Shown: piece by piece, positions 52,066 through 61,231 of the stretch
How the letters are laid out: every line of letters begins with the position of its first letter
Position numbering within the stretch: position 1 is the first letter of the stretch
DNA from: an uncultured delta proteobacterium
GTDB lineage: Bacteria; Myxococcota_A; Polyangia; Haliangiales; Haliangiaceae
NCBI GenBank assembly: GCA_963848295.1
Contig: CAWKDB010000010.1
Coordinates: 2,656,001-2,720,000 of the forward strand
Reading direction: 5' to 3'
Length of the DNA stretch: 64,000 nt
Notes under the pieces: generated by a model
Databases searched by the model: none
Told to the model about the DNA's origin: nothing
Seen by the model: only the letters and a program-made list of their open reading frames with translations
Translations under genes and position numbers: made by a program

Positions 52066-53019
52066 GTGGCCGAGGGTATCGCCGGGCCGGGGTTCTACCC
52101 GCAACCAAACGAATGGACATGCGGTCCGTTTGCGCTCAAGCACGCCCTGCTCGCGCTCGGCCGGATGGTCGACGTCAACCAGATCTCGTCGACCGCGCGC
52201 ACCCACTGGTGGTCGGGCACGAACGAGATCCAGCTCGCCCGCGCCGCGCGCGAATTCGAGTGCGACCTCGTGCTCGAACGCCGCAGCGATGACGAAGCCG
52301 CGCGCAAGCTGCTCGTCAAGTACCTGCGCGAGCAGACGCCGGTGTTGCTGTGTGTCGACGAGTGGACGCATTGGATCACGGTCGTGCGCTCGGAGAATCG
52401 CCAGTTCGTCGTGATCGATTCGAACGACGATCCGCTGCTGTCGGTGCGCACGTGGCCTCAGCTGCGCAACTGGTGGCGCTATCACGACGTCGACTACGTC
52501 AAGGACAAGCCGCCGGTGCTGTTCGACCTGATGGCGGTGACGCCGCGGTTCCGCATCACGGTCAAAGCGGACTTCTCGGTCGAGCGCGTGAAGTTCCTGC
52601 GCCGGCAGGAGAATCGCCGGCTCGCACGCCATTGGAACGAGTATCTCGAAGACCTGCTCGAGATCTGCAAACCGCCGTCGGTGCGGATCGCCGAGCCGCT
52701 GTCGATGGGCGAGTTCTTGCGCCGCCACGCCGAGCTGCTCGTCACGCGCGTCGTGTACTGGCATGGCGACGTCAACCGCGAGGAGGTCGCGCGCGTCCTG
52801 CGCGAGCTCCGGTTCGTGTGCGAGACGTACGGCCTGGTCATTCCGGCCTCGATGAGCCGGCGTGCGCTCGCCGACCTGTCGATCGTCATCTCGTTGTGGG
52901 CGTGCGCCGACCGCGGCGTCGACAGCATGTTCGGCGCAACCGGTGCCGAGGCGAAGCCGGGCAAGTCCGGCGACGGCGCGCGCAAGAAGCGCAGCCGCGC
53001 GAACGGCAAGCGCCACTGA
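52066..53019 (+). CDS. Papain-fold (C39-like) cysteine peptidase domain protein
   Basis: QPNEWTCG (Gln, Cys), THWITV (His) and IDSND (Asp). Confidence 0.65.
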   Translation: MAEGIAGPGFYPQPNEWTCGPFALKHALLALGRMVDVNQISSTARTHWWSGTNEIQLARAAREFECDLVLERRSDDEAARKLLVKYLREQTPVLLCVDEWTHWITVVRSENRQFVVIDSNDDPLLSVRTWPQLRNWWRYHDVDYVKDKPPVLFDLMAVTPRFRITVKADFSVERVKFLRRQENRRLARHWNEYLEDLLEICKPPSVRIAEPLSMGEFLRRHAELLVTRVVYWHGDVNREEVARVLRELRFVCETYGLVIPASMSRRALADLSIVISLWACADRGVDSMFGATGAEAKPGKSGDGARKKRSRANGKRH

Positions 53020-53020
53020 G

Positions 53021-53194
53021 ACGTGCGGCCCGGTCCGAACCGGCCCGACGCTCGACAGCAACCAGCCGATCCAGTTCGGTGCCGACCGCGACGACGGCGT
53101 GCCGACCGGCTTGTTCACCGGCTCGCTCGACGAGCTCACGTTCTACGATCGCACGCTGTCAGACGCCGAGATCGCGGCGACTGCCGAGGAGTAA
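53021..53194 (+). pseudogene. 3' remnant of a LamG-like jellyroll protein gene
   Basis: IQFGAD..FTGSLDELTFYDRTLSDAEI is a Laminin_G_3-type C-terminus. No 5' part or plausible start. Confidence 0.6.
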
Positions 53195-53257
53195 CCATCG
53201 CGAGCTCGCGCTGCGGCGCGAGCCGTCGTCTCGATCGGCAAGTCTGACAAGCTGACG

Positions 53258-54058
53258 CTACCGCGCGGCGGTGGGGCCGAGCCCGAGCGTGACCGCGACC
53301 TCGATCGGCTTGCCGCCGCGCAACCCGGTGAACCGCACGGTCTGACCGGCACGCGCCGCGACCGTGTGCTGCAGCGTCGGACCGTCGATGATCACCGCTC
53401 CGTCGAGCGCGAGCAGCAAGTCTCCGGGCATCACGCCGGCGATGAACGCGGGCGAACCGTGGATCACCTCGAGCACGCGCACGCCGGTGTTGCGTTGCAG
53501 CTGCGTGCGCTGCGCCGGCGTGAGCTCGGCGATGTAAGCGCCGAACGGGCTCGGCTTGAGCTTGGCCCAGAACGTCGCGGTGTAGTTGTAGCGCGCGACG
53601 TCGACGTCTTCGGTCATCGTCGTGTAGTTGTCGTCGGTGCGCGAGTGCGAGTGCTCGTTGCCGTGAGCATCGGTCCTCGTCCACGTCGTGACGCTCGGGT
53701 TATCGACGGTGTGATCGACCTGCTGGGTCTGGGTGCCCGCGTCGCTGTCATAGAGCATCACGAGCGAGGCCTGGTGTTCGGCGGCGACCGAGCGGGCCAG
53801 CGCTTCGGATTCGGCCGGCGTCAGCTCGTTGTTCTCGAACTCGGAGTAACCGACCTTGACGTAGCCTTGCTCGAACAGCGTGCGGTTGTCCGCGTCGATC
53901 GACGCGCCGTGGATGATCCGCGCCGGCCCGGACGCCGGTTCGAGCTTCGCCGCGGTGTTGGCGTCGACCGGGCCGAGCTTGTCGATGTAGTAATCGCGGT
54001 AGGCGTTCGGACCGGCGATGCAACCCGTGGCGAGGAGGGTGAAGAGCAAGTAGCGCAT
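53258..54058 (-). CDS. PDZ-domain lipoprotein
   Basis: MRYLLFTLLATGC lipobox; GVRVLEVIHGSPA..AG..PGDLLLALDG. Confidence 0.85.
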   Translation of the reverse strand: MRYLLFTLLATGCIAGPNAYRDYYIDKLGPVDANTAAKLEPASGPARIIHGASIDADNRTLFEQGYVKVGYSEFENNELTPAESEALARSVAAEHQASLVMLYDSDAGTQTQQVDHTVDNPSVTTWTRTDAHGNEHSHSRTDDNYTTMTEDVDVARYNYTATFWAKLKPSPFGAYIAELTPAQRTQLQRNTGVRVLEVIHGSPAFIAGVMPGDLLLALDGAVIIDGPTLQHTVAARAGQTVRFTGLRGGKPIEVAVTLGLGPTAAR

Positions 54059-54145
54059 GTCTGCAATAGACATCCGCGACGCGAAGCGCTCGTTGCGTTG
54101 GTGTCAACAAGCGTGGACGTCAGCTGCCGGACCGTACAACCCGGA

Positions 54146-54475
54146 TCACGCCGCGGCGCGCGCGGTCGCTTCGATCGGCAAGCCTGCCTTCACCCAGGAG
54201 GTGGTCCCGCCATCGAGGCTATAGACATGGGTGTAGCCGAAGCGGGCCGCGAGCTTCGCCGCCGACAAGCTGCGGACTCCGCGCGCGCAGACAAACACGA
54301 TCGCGTCGCGGCGCGGCAGCGCGGCTTCGACATCGGCGCGGAGGTCATCGAGCGGCACGAGCCGCGCGCCCGGAATGTGCCCGGCCGCGAACTCGTCCGC
54401 ATCGCGGACGTCGACGAGCTCGGCGCCGTGCGCCAGGAGCTCCGCGATCTCGGCGGCGGTGAGCGTTTCGACCAT
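54146..54475 (-). CDS. Rhodanese-like sulfurtransferase
   Basis: VDVRDADEFAAGHIPGA, active-site CARGVRS and LDGGTTSW. Confidence 0.92.
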   Translation of the reverse strand: MVETLTAAEIAELLAHGAELVDVRDADEFAAGHIPGARLVPLDDLRADVEAALPRRDAIVFVCARGVRSLSAAKLAARFGYTHVYSLDGGTTSWVKAGLPIEATARAAA

Positions 54476-54481
54476 GCATCC

Positions 54482-54510
54482 GTTATAACGGCGGACGTCA
54501 TGGTATGCAA
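54482..54510 (-). promoter_or_regulatory. Sigma70 promoter for a leaderless rhodanese mRNA
   Basis: Minus-strand TTGCAT-N17-TATAAC with the ATG 6 nt downstream. Confidence 0.7.
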
Positions 54511-54613
54511 GGGGTCTGTTTTAGCGGATGCCATAACTACACGTAACCACGTGAGATTATCGAGGTGTGCGTCCGCGGGAGTAGAATACGCGACGGTCGT
54601 CGAGCGTTACCGC

Positions 54614-55612
54614 GTGGTGCTTCGACCGCTGGCCATCGTGATCGCGAGCGCTGCCCTACTCTCGCGCGCTGTGGCGGCGGCTCCCGCCGTGGTCGATCCG
54701 ACGCCGGTCGAAGTCATCGGCATCACCGACGCGGTTCAGCTCGCGAGCTCGGCGTACGCGGATCGAACCTGCGCGCGCCGGGCGAACGGTCACGTCGTTT
54801 GTTGGGGCGGACGATTCACCGGCAACACCGGAGTCGTCGATCCCAAACCGGTCGAGGTTCCGGGGCTGTCCGACGCGGTCGATGTCGCGGTATCGGTCCA
54901 CAATGCGTGCGCGCGCAAGCGCGATGGCTCGGTCGTGTGCTGGGGCGCCAAAGACGCGAACGAACGAGTCGTGTGGACCACGCCGACGCCGGTGCCCGCG
55001 CTCGCCCGGACCACGGTGCTCTACGGCGATGCGATGACCTGCGGCGCCGGTCCGAACGTGCTCGCGTGCACCGACGGAAGCGACAGCGTGTTTCATCCCG
55101 TCCCGGGTGCACCGCGGCGGGTCTGGCGCGGTGACAAGGGCCGGTGGGAGTGGCGCTGCTTCGAGGTCGCGAGCGCGATCACGTGCGAGGTCTCGTACGC
55201 CGAGCGCCATGCGGGCACCTCGCTCGCGCTCGAGACCGACTTCGGCGACCTCGACGGGATCCGCGACCTCGCCCTGCCGAGCGACTCGATCGACACGACC
55301 TGCGTCGTGCGCCGCGGCGGCAGCGTCGAATGCCGCGCGAACGAGGACGCACCAGGCAGCTACGTGGCGATCTCCGCGCTGGCCGACGTCGTCGCGCTGC
55401 GACACGGTTGCGCGTTGCGCGCCAACGGCACGGTCGCGTGCTGGGACGAAGGCGGCCGCCAGCGCGACGCGGTCAAAGCGGTCGCGGGGATCACCGACGC
55501 GGTCGAGCTCGTCGCCGGTGACGTGCACTATTGCGTGCGGCGCAAGACCGGCCACGTCGCCTGCTGGGGGTACATCGGACTCCTCGGCGACGGCCGAAGA
55601 CCTACGCCGTAG
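54614..55612 (+). CDS. Secreted RCC1-like repeat protein
   Basis: Repeated CA...G.V.CWG..P..V.G..DAV.L units; start approximate. Confidence 0.78.
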   Translation: MVLRPLAIVIASAALLSRAVAAAPAVVDPTPVEVIGITDAVQLASSAYADRTCARRANGHVVCWGGRFTGNTGVVDPKPVEVPGLSDAVDVAVSVHNACARKRDGSVVCWGAKDANERVVWTTPTPVPALARTTVLYGDAMTCGAGPNVLACTDGSDSVFHPVPGAPRRVWRGDKGRWEWRCFEVASAITCEVSYAERHAGTSLALETDFGDLDGIRDLALPSDSIDTTCVVRRGGSVECRANEDAPGSYVAISALADVVALRHGCALRANGTVACWDEGGRQRDAVKAVAGITDAVELVAGDVHYCVRRKTGHVACWGYIGLLGDGRRPTP

Positions 55613-55613
55613 C

Positions 55614-57299
55614 TCAGGCCGGCGCGCCGGATTGCAGGCGATGCAGCGCCTCGACCAGCGCATCGACGTCCTCGGACACGTTGTACAGCGCGAGCGAGGC
55701 GCGCACCGTGGCCTCGAGGCCGAACCGCCGGAGGATCGGCTGAGCGCAGTGATGGCCCGAGCGCACCGCGATGCCGTCCTGGTCGAGCGCGGCGCCGATG
55801 TCCTCGGTGCGATGACCGTCGAGCACGAAGCTCAAGACGCCGGCCTTGTTTGGCGACGTGCCGATCATCGTCAGGCCCGGCACGGTCGCGAGGCGCTCGG
55901 TCGCGTACTCCAGCAGCTCGTGCTCGTAGCGATCGATGACGTCCATCCCGATCGCCATGATGTAGTCGAGCGCGGTGCCGAGGCCCGCGGCGTCGGCGAT
56001 ACTGCCGGTGCCGGCCTCGAACCGGAACGGCGGCGGTTGATAGACCGTCTTCTCGAACGTGACGTCGGCGATCATGTTGCCGCCGCCCTGCCACGGCGGC
56101 ATCGCATCGAGGATCGCGCTCTTGCCGAACACCGCGCCGATCCCGGTCGGTGCGAACACCTTGTGGCCGGAGAACACGTAGAAGTCGCAGTCGAGATCCT
56201 GGACGTCGACCGGCATGTGCGAGACCGCTTGTGCGCCGTCGAGCGCGACCACCGCACCGTAGCGATGCGCGATCGCGATCATCTCTTTCGCCGGCGTGAT
56301 CGTGCCGAGCGCGTTCGAGACCTGTGGAAACGCGACGAGCTTCGTGTGGCGACCGAGCAAGCGCTCGTAGGCTTCGAGCATCACGTCGCCGCGATCGTCG
56401 ACCGGCGCGACCTTGAGCTTCGCGCCCGTCGCGGTGCACAGCTGTTGCCACGGCACGATGTTCGCGTGGTGCTCGAGGTGCGTGATCACGATCTCGTCGC
56501 CGGCTTCGATGTTGCGCCGGCCCCAGCTCTGCGCGATCAGGTTGATGCCCTCGGTCGCGCCGCGCACGAAGATGATCTCCGACGACGATGGCGCGTTGAG
56601 GAACTGCTGCGTGGTCTTGCGGCCTTGCTCGTACGCATCGGTGGCGCGCGCCGCGAGGGTGTGCGCCGCGCGATGGATGTTCGAGTTCTCGTGCGTGTAG
56701 AACTCGCGGAGCCGCTCGATCACGGCGAGCGGTTTCTGCGTCGTCGCCGCGTTGTCGAGCCAGACCAGGCGCTTGCCGTGGACGCGCTCCTCCAGGATCG
56801 GAAAGTCGCGGCGCACCGCGTAGGGATCGAACGCGCCGCGTTGCCGGACCGAGCGCGCGAGCGAATCGTCCTGCGCCGCCGAGTCGCGCGGCAGCTCGAG
56901 GTGCGAGAAGTCGAGCTCGGGCGGCGCATGCGCCGGCAGGTAATTGGGCGGTGCGTCGATCGCGATCGGCGGGCCTCCGAGATCGGGCACGCCGCCGAGC
57001 GGAAGCGCGGGCGCCTGCAACGCGTTCGGCACCGATCCCGACATCGGCGAGAGCGAGGTCGGCACACCGGCGCCTGGGAACGCCTGCGACGCGAGCTGTT
57101 GCAGCGCGAGCGAGAGCCCGGCCGGATCCTCGAACGGTGCGCCCGGCGGAACCCCCGCCGAGGTCGCGAGCCCGGGGCTCGCACTCGACAGCGCGTACGG
57201 CACCGGCATCGGCGCGAGCGCCGGGACGATCCCGCCGCCGGCGTCGATCACCTGACCGAGTGGACCGCGCAGCTCGTGCGGAGGCTGATCACTTGTCAT
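55614..57299 (-). CDS. SufS-type cysteine desulfurase with an N-terminal disordered cargo-loading domain (Family 2A encapsulin cargo)
   Basis: RRDFPIL, LDNAATTQKP, FSGHK (PLP Lys) and RSGHHCAQP (catalytic Cys); ~150-aa Pro-rich N-terminal extension; start overlaps the shell-gene stop. Confidence 0.93.
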   Translation of the reverse strand: MTSDQPPHELRGPLGQVIDAGGGIVPALAPMPVPYALSSASPGLATSAGVPPGAPFEDPAGLSLALQQLASQAFPGAGVPTSLSPMSGSVPNALQAPALPLGGVPDLGGPPIAIDAPPNYLPAHAPPELDFSHLELPRDSAAQDDSLARSVRQRGAFDPYAVRRDFPILEERVHGKRLVWLDNAATTQKPLAVIERLREFYTHENSNIHRAAHTLAARATDAYEQGRKTTQQFLNAPSSSEIIFVRGATEGINLIAQSWGRRNIEAGDEIVITHLEHHANIVPWQQLCTATGAKLKVAPVDDRGDVMLEAYERLLGRHTKLVAFPQVSNALGTITPAKEMIAIAHRYGAVVALDGAQAVSHMPVDVQDLDCDFYVFSGHKVFAPTGIGAVFGKSAILDAMPPWQGGGNMIADVTFEKTVYQPPPFRFEAGTGSIADAAGLGTALDYIMAIGMDVIDRYEHELLEYATERLATVPGLTMIGTSPNKAGVLSFVLDGHRTEDIGAALDQDGIAVRSGHHCAQPILRRFGLEATVRASLALYNVSEDVDALVEALHRLQSGAPA

Positions 57300-58200
57300 G
57301 GTACTGGTCGACCTCGACGCCCTCGAGCACGCCGATCGCGTCATCGGTGAGCACCGCAGCCGAGCAGTACAGCGAGATCAAGTAGCCGGCCGCGCCGCGC
57401 GTGTTGATCCCCATGAAGCGGATCGACAAGCTCGGGCTGACCTCGCCCGGGATCCCGGGTTGGAACAGGCCGATCACGCCGCGCTTCTTCTCGCCGGTGC
57501 GCATCAACATGATGTCGGTCTTCTTGCCCGACACGTGCAGCTTGTCGCACGGCACGAGTGGCAGGCCGCGCCAGGTCAGCATCGGCGAGCCGAACAGCGT
57601 CACCGTCGGGGGTGGCACGCCGCGGCGCGTACATTCGCGACCGAACGCCGCGATCGCGCGCGGGTGTGCGAGGAAGAACGCCGGTTCTTTCCAGACGCGC
57701 GCGATCAGCTCGTCGAGATCGTCGGGCGTCGGCGCGCCGCCGCGCGGCTTGACCTTCATCGAGTCGTGCACGCTGTTGAGCAAGCCGTACGAGCCGTTGT
57801 TGACGAGCTCGTCTTCCTGCTTTTCTTTCATGCGCTCGACCGCGACCGCGAGCTGCTCTTTGACCTGATCCATCGGGCTGCGGAACAAGTCGGAGATCCG
57901 GGTGTGGACCTCGATCGAGGTCGTCACCGTCGTCAGCTGGTACTCGCGCGGCTTGTCGGCGTAATCGATCACCGCGAGCGGAAGCTCGGCCTGATCGTCG
58001 GGCGTGCACTCGACCGCGAACTTCGTATCGAGCACGCGATTGACGCGATAGACGCCGGCTTCGACCGGAGTCCAGGGCAGCAGCCCGACGAGCCAGCGCG
58101 GCGTCGATCCGAGCCACTGCGGCGGCGTCTTCGTGGTGTTCGCGAGCTGACGAGCGGCGCGTTCGCCGAGGGTGCGATGATCGGCTGACGATTCGGCCAT
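57289..58200 (-). CDS. Family 2A encapsulin shell protein (SrpI / major membrane protein I-like)
   Basis: AARQLANTTKT, TPRWL..LLPW.PVEAGVYRVN, PREYQL, PTPDDLDELI..VWKEP..FLAHPRAIAAFGRECTRRGVPP and SIRFMGI; no cNMP-binding insertion. Confidence 0.92.
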   Translation of the reverse strand: MAESSADHRTLGERAARQLANTTKTPPQWLGSTPRWLVGLLPWTPVEAGVYRVNRVLDTKFAVECTPDDQAELPLAVIDYADKPREYQLTTVTTSIEVHTRISDLFRSPMDQVKEQLAVAVERMKEKQEDELVNNGSYGLLNSVHDSMKVKPRGGAPTPDDLDELIARVWKEPAFFLAHPRAIAAFGRECTRRGVPPPTVTLFGSPMLTWRGLPLVPCDKLHVSGKKTDIMLMRTGEKKRGVIGLFQPGIPGEVSPSLSIRFMGINTRGAAGYLISLYCSAAVLTDDAIGVLEGVEVDQYHDK

Positions 58201-58284
58201 GATGTGTGGGCGTGAATAACACGCGCGCCGATCGCGAGACGAGTCGCGCGATGCCCAAGACACGCGTCCGTTCTTGCGGATGCG

Positions 58285-59031
58285 TTATCCGAGGCCGAGG
58301 CGGTCTTTGAGCGCGCGCACGCGATCGCGAGCGACGGTGAGCTCGGTCGTCCCGTCGCCGAGCCGCACGCGCGTGCCATCGGCGCCGGCGTGGACCTCGA
58401 CGATCGCGGCGAGCCGGACGAGCGTCGCGCGGTGAATCCGGAAGAACCCGGCGCGCGCGTAGCGGTCTTCGAGCTCGGAGATCGACGGGTCGACGACATA
58501 GCTACGCTCGCCGACGACCGCGTAGCTCAGCTTGTCCTCGGCGTAGAAATGGCTGATCCGATCGAGCTCGACGAGGTGGATCTTGTCGCCGAGCCGCGAC
58601 GCGATCCGGTCGGCGCTGGCCGCCGCCGCGATCCGCGCCATCGCCGCGACGAGCTGGGCATCGGCGTCGTGCGACGCGCGTAGCCGATCGAGCTTGTCGA
58701 GCGCGCGCGATAGCTCGTCGTCGCGCACCGGTTTCATCAAGTAGTCGATCGCGTTGACCTCGAACGCGCGCAAGGCGTGCTCGTCGTGTGCGGTCGTGAA
58801 CACGATCATCACGGTCGCGGGCAAGCGACGCGCGACCTCGAAGCCGTCGAGCTCGGGCATCGAGATGTCGAGGAACACCGCGTCGACGTGGAGCGACGCG
58901 ATGCGAGCGACCGCGTCGGCCGGATCGGTGGCGTGCCCGGCGACCTCGACGCGACCGGTCGCTTCGAGCATGCGCTCGAGCCGCTTGATCGCGAGCGGCT
59001 CGTCGTCGACCACGAACACGCGGCGCTTCAC
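58285..59031 (-). CDS. LytTR-family response regulator
   Basis: VDDEPLA, FLDISMPELDG, FTTAHD..A..AFEVNAIDYLMKP and FFRIHRATLV. Confidence 0.95.
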   Translation of the reverse strand: MKRRVFVVDDEPLAIKRLERMLEATGRVEVAGHATDPADAVARIASLHVDAVFLDISMPELDGFEVARRLPATVMIVFTTAHDEHALRAFEVNAIDYLMKPVRDDELSRALDKLDRLRASHDADAQLVAAMARIAAAASADRIASRLGDKIHLVELDRISHFYAEDKLSYAVVGERSYVVDPSISELEDRYARAGFFRIHRATLVRLAAIVEVHAGADGTRVRLGDGTTELTVARDRVRALKDRLGLG

Positions 59032-60059
59032 GCGGCCTCCGCCGGCAACTCGATCGTGACGGCGGCGCCGGTCGTCGCCGCCGCGGGCGCGACGAGGGTC
59101 GCGCGCGCGCCGTACAGCGCGTCGAGCCGAGCGCGCAAACCGTCGAGGCCATGTCCCGCGCGCCAGACCTCCCCGGAAAACCCCGGGCCATCGTCGCGAA
59201 CCTCGATCGACAGCCGGTCGCCTGCGCGCCGCGCGGACACGTGAATCGCCGCTCCACTGGTTCGCGGCGACACCGCGTACTTCACGCTGTTCTCGACCAG
59301 CGTCTGCACCGCGAACGCCGGCACGCGCACGTTCGCGAGCTCGGCCGGTGCGTCGACGTCGAACCGCAAGCGGTCGCCGAATCGCACCCGCTCGATCTCG
59401 AGATAGTCGCCGACGATGCGCAGCTCTTCGCCGAGCGCGACGCTGCCGTGCGCGTCGAGCGAGAACCGCAACAAGCCCGCGAGCCGCTCGAGCACGTTCT
59501 CCGCGCGCGCAGGATCATCGGGGATGAGCGCGATCGCGCTGTTGAGTGCGTTGAACAGGAAGTGCGGGCGGACGCGTGACTCGAGCGACGCGAGCCGCGC
59601 CTCGGTCGCGGTCGTCTCGGTGTCGGCGATGCGCTGGTGCAACTGCGCGAACGACACTGCGCCCACGGTCACCGGCACCGCGATCGCGAGCGCGATCTTG
59701 AATCCGCCGACGTAGAAGTCCCAGAACGCGTCGCTCGGCACCCAGCCGATCGCGATCGTCGCGAGCCCGACGACGAGCGAGCCGACCGCGCTGAGCACGA
59801 GCAGCACGCCGGCGTAGCTGAACCAGCGCAGCAGCTCGGGCTTGCCGGCGAGATGGGGCTTGAGCCGGCGAAACACGTACGACGCCGGCAGGCCGATCGC
59901 GGCCGAGTACATCACCGAGATCGTCCACGACACCATCACCGACCGGAGCCCGAAGCGCGACGCGAACGCGATCGCGAAGGCCGCGCCGATCACGGCCGCG
60001 AGCACGGCCACGCGGAGCATGCCGCGGCGTCCCGTGTCCATCTCGCCCGAGCGTATCAT
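59028..60059 (-). CDS. LytS/YehU-family membrane histidine kinase
   Basis: Four TM helices; RPHFLFNALN, YLEIERVRFGDRL, QTLVENSVKY and DDGPG. Start could be ATG 60041. Confidence 0.93.
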   Translation of the reverse strand: MIRSGEMDTGRRGMLRVAVLAAVIGAAFAIAFASRFGLRSVMVSWTISVMYSAAIGLPASYVFRRLKPHLAGKPELLRWFSYAGVLLVLSAVGSLVVGLATIAIGWVPSDAFWDFYVGGFKIALAIAVPVTVGAVSFAQLHQRIADTETTATEARLASLESRVRPHFLFNALNSAIALIPDDPARAENVLERLAGLLRFSLDAHGSVALGEELRIVGDYLEIERVRFGDRLRFDVDAPAELANVRVPAFAVQTLVENSVKYAVSPRTSGAAIHVSARRAGDRLSIEVRDDGPGFSGEVWRAGHGLDGLRARLDALYGARATLVAPAAATTGAAVTIELPAEAA

Positions 60060-60733
60060 CGCCCGTGGCAGTCGTTACACGTCGTCCGCTCGACGGCGGC
60101 GCCCGCGACCCGCGCCTTCGCGCTCGGCAACAGCAGGCTACCGGTTGCGTCGTGCTCCATCCGCTCGTACGCGAGGCGCGCCTTGTCCTTGTCGCCGAGC
60201 GTCGCGTAGGCGTCGGTCAAGCCGTAGAGCAGCTGCTCGCGCGCATGCAGCGTGAGCTTCGCGAAGTACGTCTGCTGGACCGCGAGCGTCATCTCGTAGT
60301 CGCTCACCGCGAGCCTGAGCAACCGCGACTTCTCCGGCTCCGGGACGAACGCCGCCGCTCCCATCAGCGCCGCGCCGCGCGGGATGCGTACGCCGACATC
60401 GTTCGGGGCGAGCTCGACCGCATGATCCATCTCGGCGATGCCGGTCCGATACAGCGCGAGCCCGGCGACGCGATCGCCGGCGCGAAACTTGAACGCGGAC
60501 TGCACGACGACGGCCGCGCCGTGCCACACCAGCGCTTCGGCGTTGCGCGGATTGACCGCGAGCGCGTCGTCACATCGCTTGATCGCGCGGGCGAGTGCCG
60601 GCGCGTCGCCGCGAGTACCATCGAAGAAGTCTTGGCGAACTTGCTCGTCGAAACGGGGTGGTTTGGCAGGTGCCGGATCGGCGTAGGCGGTGGAACAAGC
60701 GGTGAGCGCGGCGATGAGGAGGATGGCTTTCAT
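60056..60733 (-). CDS. Exported TPR-like protein with a C-terminal CxxCH motif
   Basis: MKAILLIAALTAC signal/lipobox; AVNPRNAEALVWHG and AVELAPNDV TPR-like turns; ends TCNDCHGR; ATGA overlap with the kinase. Confidence 0.8.
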   Translation of the reverse strand: MKAILLIAALTACSTAYADPAPAKPPRFDEQVRQDFFDGTRGDAPALARAIKRCDDALAVNPRNAEALVWHGAAVVVQSAFKFRAGDRVAGLALYRTGIAEMDHAVELAPNDVGVRIPRGAALMGAAAFVPEPEKSRLLRLAVSDYEMTLAVQQTYFAKLTLHAREQLLYGLTDAYATLGDKDKARLAYERMEHDATGSLLLPSAKARVAGAAVERTTCNDCHGR

Positions 60734-60776
60734 GCCGGCGATGTAAGGCCGCGCCGTGGTTCGCGGAATAGGCGTT

Positions 60777-60829
60777 CCGACGAACGGTCGTTATGCGCCG
60801 ACGAACGGCAGCTCTAGTCGGACGAGCCG
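60777..60829 (-). promoter_or_regulatory. LytTR-type direct-repeat boxes
   Basis: CCGACGAACGG at 60777 and 60798 (21-bp period) and a degenerate copy at 60819; minus strand reads (A/G)CCGTTCGTCGG. Confidence 0.75.
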
Positions 60830-61231
60830 CTACGTCGCCGGCCAGACCGTCGTGACGTCGAGCTTCGCGCGACCGCCGTCGAGCTGCTGGGTCTGACCGC
60901 GATGCATCACGAGCACCGACTTGTTGCGAACCTCGTTCGATCCCGAGACCGTGCGCCAATCGAGCTCGACCCGGACGGCATCGACGCCTTCGAAGTAGCT
61001 GCACGCTTTGACCTCGTCTTCGTTCGTCGAGCTCTTGCTCGAGATCAACCCGCACGACCGGTCGTTGAGGATGATGCCGAGCCGGCGAACTCCCGTGCCG
61101 TCGTTGATCGCAAAGCGGAGGTTGACGTTCGAGATCGCTACCGTATGCGCGGGCGGTGGTTGCGGCGGATCGGCAAGCGCGGGAGCGCACAGCAACGTAG
61201 AGACGAGGGCGGTGGCGAGCAAAGTTTTCAT
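60830..61231 (-). CDS. Small secreted beta-rich hypothetical protein
   Basis: MKTLLATALVSTLLCAPALA signal peptide. Confidence 0.7.
   Translation of the reverse strand: MKTLLATALVSTLLCAPALADPPQPPPAHTVAISNVNLRFAINDGTGVRRLGIILNDRSCGLISSKSSTNEDEVKACSYFEGVDAVRVELDWRTVSGSNEVRNKSVLVMHRGQTQQLDGGRAKLDVTTVWPAT

Noticed and set aside
53366..54613. 5' extension of the RCC1 ORF (748 aa in the track), and similar extensions of pilP, the sigma54 activator and DUF1993
   Set aside because: The extensions overlap other real genes; signal peptides, RBSs or -10 motifs indicate later starts.
57289..58200. HK97-fold gene as evidence of a prophage
   Set aside because: No terminase, portal, tail or integrase genes; it is coupled to a desulfurase cargo gene, as expected for an encapsulin.
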